DNA of 64,000 nt from a virus (IMGVR_UViG_3300044767_000023:29692-93691); one strand, 5' to 3'; positions 20,500 to 29,711 are shown, counted from the first letter of the stretch. A program made the numbers and translations. Notes: generated by a model from the letters alone, not told the origin.

Positions 20500-22644
20500 T
20501 TAAGCGTAGGCCGCACCGGAGATGTACTGGACCGCGCCATCGCGACGCCGCATCCAGTTGATCATCCGCTCGGCCCGCAGGGCCACCATGTTGCGCTGCC
20601 ACAACGACACCATGATAGTCGAAGCAGTGGGCGGGCTGTCGGGAGCCGAGTCCATCTGCAACGAGGCTTCCCGGCTCATATCGACCTGCACCGCACCATC
20701 GTCGGCGAGGAGGATTTCCGGGGCATTGATCGCCACGATCAGGCTGCCGGCCGGCGAACCGGCAGTGACGATGTTCTCCGAAGTGACGACCGGAATGCCT
20801 TCCAGCGAGCCACCACCAGGACCCATACCATCGAACTCCTTCTGACCAAGCGCATTGCGAAGCAGCGAGATGCGGATCGCCTGCTGCGAGGTCATCACGA
20901 GCACGAGACCGGCCACGCTCATATTGAGGCCGGCGTAGGTGGACAGCAGAGTACCAAGGTCGGCGCGGAGCGCGTCGCCCGTGGTTCCCGTCGGGTTGAT
21001 CGGAGTCACGCCGTTGGTGATCGAAGCCGGACTGACGCCCGGCACCGCCACCTTGCTGGGATCGAGGAAGTCCCGATCGGTCAGCAGCGCCACCGCAGTG
21101 AGCAACGAGTCCCGCACCAGCGCCTCGATCGCCGGGTTGCTGAAGCGGAACAGCTCGTCGGTCACCGGCACGATCCCGGCCACCTTGGTGAAGCCGAGCG
21201 AGATCGAGTCGAACGCCATGGCGCTGACCGGCTTCGGGGCGCCTTCACCGACCCAGTTGACCGACGCGGCGGTGATCTCGCGCGGGATTTTGATATTGAA
21301 CGGCACCCGGCGCAGGCCCGGGATGCGGCCAATGATCGTGAGCGGGACTAGGAGCTCGATGAACTCCGAGGCCATGAACTGCGGCTCCACCAGCGGCTTG
21401 GCCCAGTTCGTTCCGGTCGTGGTGCCGACCAGCACCGGGGCCTTGAGGATGCCCTCGAGTTCCGGCGTCTGGTCGAAGTAGCCGAAGTTGCGCGCCGCTT
21501 CGATAGCGGAAGTACCGGGGTTGAGCGAGGAGAACGCCCGGCAGATGAAGTGGCGGGCGAACAGAATGCCCTTGGGAACGCGCGAGCGCATTCCCTCCAC
21601 CCGCACGATGTTGCCATCGTTGGCGCGGGCACGGGCAGCGTCACTCGCATCGACCACGCGGACTTCCACCGCCTGGTGCAGGTTGGTCTTCTCCAGAACC
21701 CGCAGCCGGTCGAGGTGCTGGTCAACCGACTTCACCTCGTCGGCCAGCGCGTCGTAGTTGTCTTGCTGCTCCTGATCAAGGGTCTCGCCCTTGTCGGAAG
21801 CGGTATCCATGATCTCTTCCATCTTTGCTGCCTTCGCAGCGCGGGTCGCCTCAAAGCCGGCAATCTGCTCGGCAATGGTACGTTTGGCCATCCTGGCCTC
21901 CTGTTGTTTGACTACTACTGCCGTGCCTGCAGCTCGTCGCTGCGTACCAGTGCCTACGTCTAGACTCGCGCCAAAGACGATCTTCTGCGTCGCTTCGGAA
22001 ATGCCGAGCGACTTCACAACTCGCAACGCGTTCTGATTAGCGGGGACGCTGACCAGAGATGTTTCGAGTAGCTCTTGTTGGACGAAGCGCACTCCGCCCC
22101 AGGGATCCTTCTCATCCAGCGGCTCGTGCTTGAGCGGCTTGAAGCCGACCGAGACCGCCCGCAGAATGTCCTGCTCGACGAGCGCAATCATTTCGTCGAT
22201 GCGTGGCGAGGTGCCCTTATCGGCGAGCTCGAGGTCGCCCAGCAGCTGGTCGTTCTGGATGCGGATATTCCGCCACTTGCCAATCGGCATGTCGGAGCGA
22301 TGGCCGAACAGCGCAATCGGATTGCGCTTGAAGTTCGCCAGCTTCCAGCCGCTAGCCATGATGATGTCGCCCATGCGATCGGGCGTCTCGTCGCTGAGCA
22401 CAAAGGTAATGACGCCATCATTCTTGGCGGCCTTCTCGGTGACGTGGATCGCGCGGCGCACCGCATTGGCGTCGATCCGCGGTTGCTTCATAGCCGGTGC
22501 TGCGCTCATGGTTTTTTCCTCATCCCAGATTAGTTCGCACTCGTCCTCGTCAAAGCCCTCTTCCATGCAGCGGTCGATGAAGTCGCTGTGGCTCTCGCCA
22601 TCATCGGGCGTGATCTTGAGTTCGGCCGCCTTGAGTGCTGGCAT
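20500..22644 (-). CDS. Prohead protease (HK97 S78)-major capsid protein fusion
   Basis: Protease motifs DRMGDI, NPIALFGH, VSVGF, ETSLVSVPAN in frame with HK97 capsid motifs WVGEG and WQRNMVALRAE; start at GGGAG-preceded ATG 22644. Confidence 0.92.
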   Translation of the reverse strand: MPALKAAELKITPDDGESHSDFIDRCMEEGFDEDECELIWDEEKTMSAAPAMKQPRIDANAVRRAIHVTEKAAKNDGVITFVLSDETPDRMGDIIMASGWKLANFKRNPIALFGHRSDMPIGKWRNIRIQNDQLLGDLELADKGTSPRIDEMIALVEQDILRAVSVGFKPLKHEPLDEKDPWGGVRFVQQELLETSLVSVPANQNALRVVKSLGISEATQKIVFGASLDVGTGTQRRAAGTAVVVKQQEARMAKRTIAEQIAGFEATRAAKAAKMEEIMDTASDKGETLDQEQQDNYDALADEVKSVDQHLDRLRVLEKTNLHQAVEVRVVDASDAARARANDGNIVRVEGMRSRVPKGILFARHFICRAFSSLNPGTSAIEAARNFGYFDQTPELEGILKAPVLVGTTTGTNWAKPLVEPQFMASEFIELLVPLTIIGRIPGLRRVPFNIKIPREITAASVNWVGEGAPKPVSAMAFDSISLGFTKVAGIVPVTDELFRFSNPAIEALVRDSLLTAVALLTDRDFLDPSKVAVPGVSPASITNGVTPINPTGTTGDALRADLGTLLSTYAGLNMSVAGLVLVMTSQQAIRISLLRNALGQKEFDGMGPGGGSLEGIPVVTSENIVTAGSPAGSLIVAINAPEILLADDGAVQVDMSREASLQMDSAPDSPPTASTIMVSLWQRNMVALRAERMINWMRRRDGAVQYISGAAYA

Positions 22645-22888
22645 AGAATTGCTCCCGGTAGTAATCCAAGACGAAGACGCGGAGGGCGGAAGACAGGTTG
22701 CCGCCCTGTCCGATCCGATTTTCGTCGATCCGGCTGGCGAGCTGGCTAAGCGTGAGACCGCGGGAGTACGCCAGCCGTTTGAAGCAATCCCAAAATTCCG
22801 CTTCGAGGCTGACGCTGGTCTTGTGCTGGCCGATGACAATACTTCGCTTGATGACTCGTGATGGCGCCATGGGTCGCGGCGTGGCCAT
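22601..22888 (-). CDS. Ribbon-helix-helix protein (RHH_4 type)
   Basis: KRSIVIGQHKTSVSLEAEFW...NLSSALRVFVL. Confidence 0.85.
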   Translation of the reverse strand: MATPRPMAPSRVIKRSIVIGQHKTSVSLEAEFWDCFKRLAYSRGLTLSQLASRIDENRIGQGGNLSSALRVFVLDYYREQFYASTQGGRTQDHAR

Positions 22889-23155
22889 CTAACTCGTCAA
22901 TCTGTAAAGCGGGCGGCCATTGGGACCGTTAAGCGTCATCAGCACAAAGCGGCCGCGCCGGATACGGGCGCGCAGCTGCTCGCCTTTGCCGCGGTCGAAC
23001 AGGTCGGCGACGTTGCGTAGCTCCTCGGCTATGAAGACGCGCTGGGCGGGGGAGAGCAGGTAGCTAGCGCGCGCCAGCCGCGCCAGACAATCGGCGATGT
23101 CGCGGACGGTCTCGCCACGCGCTTCCTCGAGCTCGTCGTACTCTTCCCCGGGCAT
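22889..23155 (-). CDS. Hypothetical protein
   Basis: Abuts both neighbouring genes. Confidence 0.6.
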   Translation of the reverse strand: MPGEEYDELEEARGETVRDIADCLARLARASYLLSPAQRVFIAEELRNVADLFDRGKGEQLRARIRRGRFVLMTLNGPNGRPLYRLTS

Positions 23156-24220
23156 TTACCAGCCTGTCGTCACGTCATAGGCGATCACTTGACCTATCGT
23201 AGTGCAGGCATTGACGGCATTGGTCTTGGTATTCTTTTTGGTATTGAGATCGGCAGAGCGGACGGCGATGCCGTTCAGGATGGCGGCCTGCTCGGCGGGG
23301 GTGACGGTGACCGGCGCAGTGCCGCCGACCGGGATCCATTGCACGTTGCTGGTCGCAACCGGACTTAGGTTGGTCCACGGCGCGGCCGTGGTGCTGATCA
23401 TGCCGACGCTCTGAGTTCCGGGCGATGGGGCCGAGACGTAGCTGTCGCGGTTTGGATTAGAACCGCCGGCGGCAAAGTCGATGCCGGTTATCGGTAACAA
23501 CGGAGAATTCAAAAGCGCGGAGCCGATCGGGACCGTCGCTGCATTGAGAGAGGCGATAGTAGTAATATTCAAAAAGCTGACGAGGGCGTTGCCCTGGGCG
23601 TAGATGCTGGCATCGAGGGCATCGACGGAGTTGAAACCTAGGTTCGTGGCATCGACGATGGAAGAGTTTATTTCCGCCACCAGGGCGCCAAGTTGGGTCG
23701 TCAATATGTTGGCGATAGTGGCATTGGCATTCCCGATAGTGGCATTGCCGTTGATGGCGTTGACGAAGTTTGAATTGTAGTAGGCCACCACGGCATTGAG
23801 CGCGGTCACGATGGCGTTGATCGAAGCGGTAGCGTTCTGGATGGCCGGGATCGTGGACGAGAACAAGGTCGCGTCGGTCGCGTCCCAGAAGTAGTCACCA
23901 GCTGCCACCACGTAATGGAACGGCGCCTGCCGCTTGGTATTGTAGACTTCGGCGATCAGATCCTTCTTGACCTTCTTCGCCTGCGTCAGGGTGATGCCGA
24001 CCAGCTTGAGGAGGAACTGGTCAAAATATGGACAGTAGGGCAGTACGTCGATCGTGGACTCACGCATCGGCGGGCGGTCGCTGTACTCGACTTCGCCTTC
24101 GCCGGCATCGCGCCATTCCACAAAGTTTACATTACTGGCAAGCGCGGCGTAGTTCATGCTGCCGACGCTGGCGTTATCCACCGACATGATGTTCTGCCGG
24201 CGGGCGAGCCAGAACCTCAC
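23156..24220 (-). CDS. Ala/Asn/Thr-rich fibre-like protein (DUF4376-like termini)
   Basis: LTQAKKVKKDLI...NAVNACTTIGQVIAYDVTTGW flanking a long N/A-rich coiled segment. Confidence 0.5.
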   Translation of the reverse strand: MRFWLARRQNIMSVDNASVGSMNYAALASNVNFVEWRDAGEGEVEYSDRPPMRESTIDVLPYCPYFDQFLLKLVGITLTQAKKVKKDLIAEVYNTKRQAPFHYVVAAGDYFWDATDATLFSSTIPAIQNATASINAIVTALNAVVAYYNSNFVNAINGNATIGNANATIANILTTQLGALVAEINSSIVDATNLGFNSVDALDASIYAQGNALVSFLNITTIASLNAATVPIGSALLNSPLLPITGIDFAAGGSNPNRDSYVSAPSPGTQSVGMISTTAAPWTNLSPVATSNVQWIPVGGTAPVTVTPAEQAAILNGIAVRSADLNTKKNTKTNAVNACTTIGQVIAYDVTTGW

Positions 24221-24579
24221 GAGGGCGAGTCCCCGGACGGCGAGTCTCCCGGCTGGATAATGAAGCCGGGATTGACGACCTCGAGTTGGCCAACGACCTC
24301 GGTCGTTATCGTGCCATCGACCGCCACTACCCGCAGGCCGTCGATGTAACGGCCGGGGGTGATGGTCGCGCTAAGGTCGCGCGGCACCCGCACACTCACA
24401 CTCCCAGCGGCTTCGTCTATGACTTCGACTACCGCTGCACCAGGAGCTATGACCTGTGCCAGAGCACCGCGCGTGGCCAGCACCCATTCCAGCGCAATGC
24501 CCGGGGCGGCGGACCCCAGTGTGCGTAGAAGGACCCAATCATCGCCTACATAGACGGTCTCGGGCGGGTGCGTGGCCAT
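24217..24579 (-). CDS. Hypothetical beta-sandwich protein (BppU-N-like)
   Basis: YVGDDW...GSVSVRVP...PGRY pattern. Confidence 0.45.
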   Translation of the reverse strand: MATHPPETVYVGDDWVLLRTLGSAAPGIALEWVLATRGALAQVIAPGAAVVEVIDEAAGSVSVRVPRDLSATITPGRYIDGLRVVAVDGTITTEVVGQLEVVNPGFIIQPGDSPSGDSPS

Positions 24580-24580
24580 C

Positions 24581-26488
24581 TCACATAACCAATAGTTGGA
24601 ACTCAGGCTCGCGGGCCTCGTCGAGACCGGCGAGTGCTATACCAACTCCCATGGCCGCACTGACGATGCCGTCGATGCGCCCGCGCGTCCGCTGCTTAAT
24701 TAGCCAGCGGTTGTTCTGGGCGTCGGCCTCGATAGCGGCGTTGCCACTACACCACGTCGTGATTGGGGATTTCTGGATTACGATGTCGCCACGCAGCACA
24801 CAATCTTCCAATAGCTGCAGGCTGCGCGGCATCCACAACATCTGCTTGCTATGCATTCCCATGCGGCCTTGCGAGTGCACCACCATCTTCAGTCCGCTGC
24901 CTTTGGTCTCGCCTTCTTTCCACACCCAGGTGGTAAAGCCGATGCGGTCGCAGGCCTTGCGGAACTCGATCGAATGGGCGGGATCGAACGCCATCGCCTT
25001 GACCGCAAAGCGGGTGTGTAGACGCTGCACCTCGGCCGCCACGTAATCGTACTCAATACTGAGACCGGGTACCAGCTTGAGCAATCCCTGCTGGCCCCAT
25101 TCGAAGTACGGCGCGCCGTCGGCCTTACCGGCTTCCACCGCATTGTCGCGCGGCCGCCAGTAATAAATCTTGACGTAGTGCTTGCCGTCCTTGCGCCACA
25201 CCGCCGAGAGCGCAGTCAGGTCGTTCTTCTGCGAGAGGTCGAGGCCGAGATAGCACGGCGCATCGCCCATATCGTCCTCGCGGAAATCGCCTTGCACCAG
25301 CTCCCACGAGTCGAGGTCGATCCAGTAGGCCGAGGAGCCGACCGGCACGCCAAAGTACAGCCGCTTGGTAGTTAGGCTAGTGGCGATCCGGTGGCGCGAG
25401 CTCGCCACCGCAGTACGCACATTCTCCACCGGGTAGGTCAAGCCCAGCAACGGCAAGGCTTTCGGCCAGCAGTCCTCGTCGTTCATCGGGTCGTCGTCGT
25501 CATCGACCCGGGCGATAAACGAGAACACCGCATCGTCATCGAACACGCCTTTGACGACGCCTTGGTAGAATTCCGAAAGCTCGGTCGCAATAATCTGGTC
25601 GGCGGCCGGGGTGTTGGTGGTAATCATCAGCAGCGCATCGGTCGGCATCTTTACCAGTGCGGCTTTCCATAGCTCCAGCTGGCCAGCGGATTTCCACTCA
25701 TGGATCTCGTCGGCGCATACCATGGCGGGCTTCGGCCCGGAGATCTTCTCGTCGTTGGCTAGCACGCGGAATTTGGAATGGGTGCCGGGATGTTCGATCA
25801 TCCACGCCATCTCGCCGGTGCCGCGAATAATGACCTCGCCGATCGACTCAAGCGAGTCGCTGGTGGGGCCTTCGGGCCCGGGGATCGGGGCGCGGCACAG
25901 ATTGACGGCGTCGGCGAACAGTACGTTGGCCTGATTACGATCCTTGGCTATCGTGTAGACCTCGCTGCGGGCAATCCCGCGCCAGCCCATGATGTAGAGG
26001 CCGACAGCGGCCGCTAACGGGGTCTTCACCTGCCCCTTGCCAATCTCTAACCAAGCCTCGCGAAAGCGCAGCCGGCCGGAGGGCTTGTACCAGCCGAATA
26101 ATGAGCCAACCACAAAGGCCAGATAGTTCGGCAGATGGAACGGCTGGCCGGAAGCGGCCCCGGCGGTAACCGTGAACATGCTGGGGAAGAATTCCAGCGC
26201 GTCGGCGGCCTTGGCGACATCGAAGCGCAGGTCGGTGCGGCAGAGGTCGCGCATATGGCGCTCGGCCGCGGCCTTCATCAACTGGCCGGCAACGATGCGG
26301 CCGGCAATCACATCCTGCGCCCATTGGGTAGCCGGGTCGCTGGCGGCCCATTGCTGGATCGGGCTTAGCTCCGGCTCCGGCGGCGGGGTAAGACGAGGCC
26401 GGCTAATACGGGGGCGCTCAGACTGGCGGCGCTCGCCGGTCAGTCTGAGTTCAGGCGGCAGCTTTTTAGGCAAGCTAGACCGCCGCAT
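24581..26488 (-). CDS. terL: Terminase large subunit
   Basis: RFREAWLEIGKGQVKT (Walker A variant), ADEIHE, GLDLS..DLTA, RIDGIVS. Confidence 0.95.
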   Translation of the reverse strand: MRRSSLPKKLPPELRLTGERRQSERPRISRPRLTPPPEPELSPIQQWAASDPATQWAQDVIAGRIVAGQLMKAAAERHMRDLCRTDLRFDVAKAADALEFFPSMFTVTAGAASGQPFHLPNYLAFVVGSLFGWYKPSGRLRFREAWLEIGKGQVKTPLAAAVGLYIMGWRGIARSEVYTIAKDRNQANVLFADAVNLCRAPIPGPEGPTSDSLESIGEVIIRGTGEMAWMIEHPGTHSKFRVLANDEKISGPKPAMVCADEIHEWKSAGQLELWKAALVKMPTDALLMITTNTPAADQIIATELSEFYQGVVKGVFDDDAVFSFIARVDDDDDPMNDEDCWPKALPLLGLTYPVENVRTAVASSRHRIATSLTTKRLYFGVPVGSSAYWIDLDSWELVQGDFREDDMGDAPCYLGLDLSQKNDLTALSAVWRKDGKHYVKIYYWRPRDNAVEAGKADGAPYFEWGQQGLLKLVPGLSIEYDYVAAEVQRLHTRFAVKAMAFDPAHSIEFRKACDRIGFTTWVWKEGETKGSGLKMVVHSQGRMGMHSKQMLWMPRSLQLLEDCVLRGDIVIQKSPITTWCSGNAAIEADAQNNRWLIKQRTRGRIDGIVSAAMGVGIALAGLDEAREPEFQLLVM

Positions 26489-26915
26489 TGCGCTTGAGGA
26501 ATTTGTCGGCGGCGATGCCAACCGGCTTGTCTACCTTCTTGGCACTCTCGCGCCGGGCGGCGGTAAGGCCGAGCTCGGTTGCTAGCCGCACCATGCGATC
26601 ATAGGCCGCATTGGAGATGCTGATATAGGGGTTGAATTTGCCATCGCCGCGCTTGGACTTCTGGATCAAGCCCAATTCCTGCACCTTTTCGTTGGCAGTC
26701 ATAAAGCGGGCACGCTGCACGCAATAGGCCTGCACCATGTCCTTGAGGTCAGTATCCCAGATTTTCCGCCGCACAAGTTCCGGGACGACCTCCAGCCAGC
26801 AGTCGCGCTCGAGGCCTTCGTGCAGGCTGGCCGGGGGCTCGGGAATGCGGGCCTGTGAGGCTGGCAGGTTGACGAGGTTGCTCACTGGTCGGATAGCGGG
26901 CTTTGATCCACGCAT
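26475..26915 (-). CDS. terS: Terminase small subunit, P27 family
   Basis: MRGSKP...PP..L...NPY....ELGLTAARR. Confidence 0.9.
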   Translation of the reverse strand: MRGSKPAIRPVSNLVNLPASQARIPEPPASLHEGLERDCWLEVVPELVRRKIWDTDLKDMVQAYCVQRARFMTANEKVQELGLIQKSKRGDGKFNPYISISNAAYDRMVRLATELGLTAARRESAKKVDKPVGIAADKFLKRNAAV

Positions 26916-26989
26916 AGAATATTTGTCCTCACGCTGGTTGCACAGAGTTGATTCCGGTAGCTCGCAACTCATTCAGGTTGCAAGTTCAC

Positions 26990-27098
26990 CGCGGGCTGGG
27001 CATTGGCTTTCGGGTGCCCCTAAACACATATCGTCCCCCCCTCAAAGGTTTATTTTAGGGGCTGGGAGAATAATTGTTTCGCAGTCCCCCCAGTTGAG
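26990..27098. other. Candidate cos/packaging region
   Basis: Non-coding gap between HNH and terS containing two G6-7 runs on the minus strand; typical location in HNH-terS-terL cos phages. Confidence 0.4.
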
Positions 27099-27416
27099 TT
27101 AGGAACTGGAAGGCTTGCGATGCCATGGATGCGATGGGTCAAGGGGCATGCCGTTACGGTCGCATACGCTGGGTAGTTTGCCATCGCGGTTGCGTTTACC
27201 GGACTGGTTCTCGCGCATCTGGATATCGTGCACCCGACACAACGACCGCAGGTTATCAGCAGACTCGTCACCACCTTGCTTGCGCGGCTTTATGTGGTCA
27301 ACTACCGAGGCGGGCTCGTCGCAACCCGGAACACTACAGCGGTACTCATCACGCTCGAGCACCGCTAAGCGGGTCTGCTTCCATTCATACGAGAGGTAGA
27401 ACGGATCGCCGGGCAT
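27099..27416 (-). CDS. HNH endonuclease (terminase-associated, HK97 gp74-like)
   Basis: FY.S..W...R..VL.RD..C...C..VDHIKP...NLRSLC..H. Confidence 0.92.
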   Translation of the reverse strand: MPGDPFYLSYEWKQTRLAVLERDEYRCSVPGCDEPASVVDHIKPRKQGGDESADNLRSLCRVHDIQMRENQSGKRNRDGKLPSVCDRNGMPLDPSHPWHRKPSSS

Positions 27417-27430
27417 GGGAGGCGGGGCCT

Positions 27431-27610
27431 TTAGTTAAGCGGGGTCAGGCAGGAATGGCGCTCTACCTCGGGGAGCAGGGATCCATCCCAGTGCACACCG
27501 AACAGGGTAAATACCGGACGGCCTAGGTCCACCAGGGTGGCTAAATAGGGGCAATCGGCCCGGTGCAGCCTAACCTCGCCACTCAACTCTTCCGCCAGAG
27601 CGATATCCAC
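27431..27610 (-). CDS. 59-aa hypothetical protein (not in the ORF track)
   Basis: GGAGG RBS plus GTG; MDIALAEELSGEVRLHRADCP...ERHSCLTPLN. Confidence 0.6.
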   Translation of the reverse strand: MDIALAEELSGEVRLHRADCPYLATLVDLGRPVFTLFGVHWDGSLLPEVERHSCLTPLN

Positions 27611-27692
27611 GATGCCTCCGGCTAGTCCAGCTGGAAAACCCAGCGGAATTACTAACGATCTGCCTTCGTGGAGGGGAGCCTGCGGACGGGAC

Positions 27693-28175
27693 TTAGACCC
27701 GCTCGACCGCCGCTCGTTCTAGGTAGACTGGAGTGTACTCACTCAGGAAACGCAGCAGGACGCAGACGCGCTCGTGGGTGGTCATGCCTTGGAACAAACC
27801 GATATGCTCGGCGAACGGTCCGCGCAGTAGTCGCACGCGGTCACCGGCCTGCAACTCTTCCTGCGAGGCTAGGACGACGTTGCCGTTAGCGTTTTCGCGC
27901 GCACGCAGGGACTCGATTATGGGAGCGGGGACGAGTGCGGGCCGTTCGCCGAAGTGGACAACGCTGACGATGCCGGGCAGCGAGTTCAGCCAGCCGAAAC
28001 TGCCGTCACGGACAAACGCAAACAGATAGGAGGCGAACAGGACGGTGCGCCGTTTCAGCTTCTGATCCCAGAAGGTCGGGAGGTAGCAGGCTTGCCCGAC
28101 CCGGTGGACATGCCGGACGGCGAGGCGCTCGCGTTGCGGTTGGGTGCGGACCAAAATCCAATTCCCCTCGGCCAA
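27693..28175 (-). CDS. NusG/RfaH-family transcription antiterminator
   Basis: NGN domain WILVRTQPQRE...YLP...LFASYLF and KOW domain GDRVRLLRGPF...G. Confidence 0.9.
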   Translation of the reverse strand: MAEGNWILVRTQPQRERLAVRHVHRVGQACYLPTFWDQKLKRRTVLFASYLFAFVRDGSFGWLNSLPGIVSVVHFGERPALVPAPIIESLRARENANGNVVLASQEELQAGDRVRLLRGPFAEHIGLFQGMTTHERVCVLLRFLSEYTPVYLERAAVERV

Positions 28176-28305
28176 GCCCGTTTTCCCTGAGTTTTTAGGC
28201 CTTTTCCGGGGTCCCAGCCGGATTGGGCGATATGGCGCTTGGGTTGAGGAACTTATACCAGCCTTATGGCTCGGTCAAGGTCGGCCGGAAACCGCGTTTT
28301 GGCGC

Positions 28306-28454
28306 GATTTCAGCGGGTTAGGCTAGGGCGGTGAAGGGGCAGGCGGGAAAACGCTTCCTTGGGCCGTTTCCGGCGGTCCTAGCCGAGGTTCGAACGGGGT
28401 AAAACCCTGGGGACCCGGCATCAAAGGGAAAAGCGACGGATTTCAGCGGGTTAG
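28306..28454. repeat. 16-bp direct repeat GATTTCAGCGGGTTAG (28306-28321, 28439-28454), IHF-site-like
   Basis: Exact repeat in a 320-bp non-coding gap; two mismatches to WATCAANNNNTTR. Confidence 0.6.
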
Positions 28455-28499
28455 CGGGGACTTGTTCGAAATTCCAAAATTTCCGGGGTACTGCGCGCT

Positions 28500-28736
28500 T
28501 TAGCTCGCTAGACCAAGCTGCAACCGCAGCTGCTCAATCTCTTTCTGCCAACCACCGACGAGACGGAGTAGCAGGACCCGACTGCGATCGCCTTGATGCA
28601 TTTTATCGGCAGCAGTCTGGCAGGCTAGCTTATGTTCCTCGAACAATTCAAGTAGCTTGACACTGGGCGCGGCCACGGTCCGCAAACCCTTATCTGCACC
28701 AGCTCTCACAGCACCACTCCTTTTTTGCTCTTGCAT
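28500..28736 (-). CDS. Hypothetical protein
   Basis: Co-oriented ORF. Confidence 0.45.
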   Translation of the reverse strand: MQEQKRSGAVRAGADKGLRTVAAPSVKLLELFEEHKLACQTAADKMHQGDRSRVLLLRLVGGWQKEIEQLRLQLGLAS

Positions 28737-28791
28737 TCTAGATTGATATCAAATCAGGGATTTTGCAAGTCCAGGTTTTCCAGTGGCTAGG

Positions 28792-29634
28792 TCACTCCTC
28801 CTGCTTGAGAAGTTGCGACGGCCACACTCGATCCTTTACGCAAATCCCGGAAGCGAATGGATCCAGGTGGGTCCCTTGCGGGCAGGAGCCGCCGAGCGGC
28901 CCGTCGATCCAACTCTGCTGTGGCGCTGCTGGCGCCTTGGCCTCCACCGGCTTGGACGCCGGGGCGTTAGTGACGATCCCGTCCTTGCGCAATTGCGCCT
29001 CGACGTAGGCGGTGACGTTGGCGAAGATCGCAAAGAAGTTCTCCCGCGCATTCTGGTTGGTCGGGGGCGAGATCAAGCGGGCGCCAGCTTCTGCAAACGC
29101 TTCCTTCGGCGCTTCCAGATAATGGGCGTAGGCCAGGACAATCCGCCGGTCGTCCTCGCTAACATCGTTGCCCTTGAGATAAGCCGTCACCTTGGCCTTG
29201 TCTTTCTGGAAGGCTGCGACGAAGGCCTTGGCCTTGGACTTCTCCGGGTTAACTTCGAAATCGTACAGGTGCATCATCTCGTGGAGCACCACGCGATATT
29301 GATGTTCCGCGCTCAGCGCGCTCATACTTTTTTCGACGAAGACGAGCCGGCTAACCGACTTGCCCAAAATCCGATTAGCCTGCCCGTAAAATCTAACGTC
29401 GTCCCGGAAGGCGGCTTTGTCGACAAGCGGCATCTTCCTCAAAGTCTCGAGGTTGACGGCGAACACGGTCGGGTTGCCAACACGGGCCCGGAGCTGGGCG
29501 GGAGTGCCATCGTACATCTGGCTAACCGAACGCGCAAAGGTCTCGATCGAAGTAGGGGTGTAGGAAACGTTGATGGCCTGGGCCGGGGCGGCAATCAGCG
29601 AGCCTGCAATCACGGCCGAGATGAAGGACTTCAT
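28792..29634 (-). CDS. Secreted zinc metallopeptidase (HEXXH...E-x-F-A-E, lethal-factor/PPEP-like)
   Basis: Signal peptide MKSFISAVIAGSLIAAPAQA; VLHEMMHLYD; Y...PKEAFAE. Confidence 0.75.
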   Translation of the reverse strand: MKSFISAVIAGSLIAAPAQAINVSYTPTSIETFARSVSQMYDGTPAQLRARVGNPTVFAVNLETLRKMPLVDKAAFRDDVRFYGQANRILGKSVSRLVFVEKSMSALSAEHQYRVVLHEMMHLYDFEVNPEKSKAKAFVAAFQKDKAKVTAYLKGNDVSEDDRRIVLAYAHYLEAPKEAFAEAGARLISPPTNQNARENFFAIFANVTAYVEAQLRKDGIVTNAPASKPVEAKAPAAPQQSWIDGPLGGSCPQGTHLDPFASGICVKDRVWPSQLLKQEE

Positions 29635-29672
29635 GGGTCGTCTCCGTTGGGGTTTGAGTTAAGTCACCTCCC

Positions 29673-29700
29673 TAGTTAACTCAACCCACGGATAAGTCAA
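29673..29700 (-). promoter_or_regulatory. Sigma70-type promoter of the TTGACTTA family
   Basis: TTGACT-N16-TAACTA, just downstream of a terminator. Confidence 0.65.
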
Positions 29701-29711
29701 CAGCCAAATAT

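Noticed and set aside
22645-22839. N-terminal 65 aa of the 779-aa capsid ORF in the track
   Set aside because: Overlaps the RHH gene in another frame; the RBS-supported start is 22644
27440-27600. RfaH ops-like elements (GGCGGAAGAGTT, CGAGGTAGAGCG)
   Set aside because: Imperfect matches lying inside a credible 59-aa ORF; not distinguishable from chance
28175-28192. 14/18 match of a predicted guide target (AGCCCGTTGTTCCTCACT) to the start region of the NusG-like gene
   Set aside because: A four-mismatch 18-mer hit is expected by chance in a window this size given 14 guides
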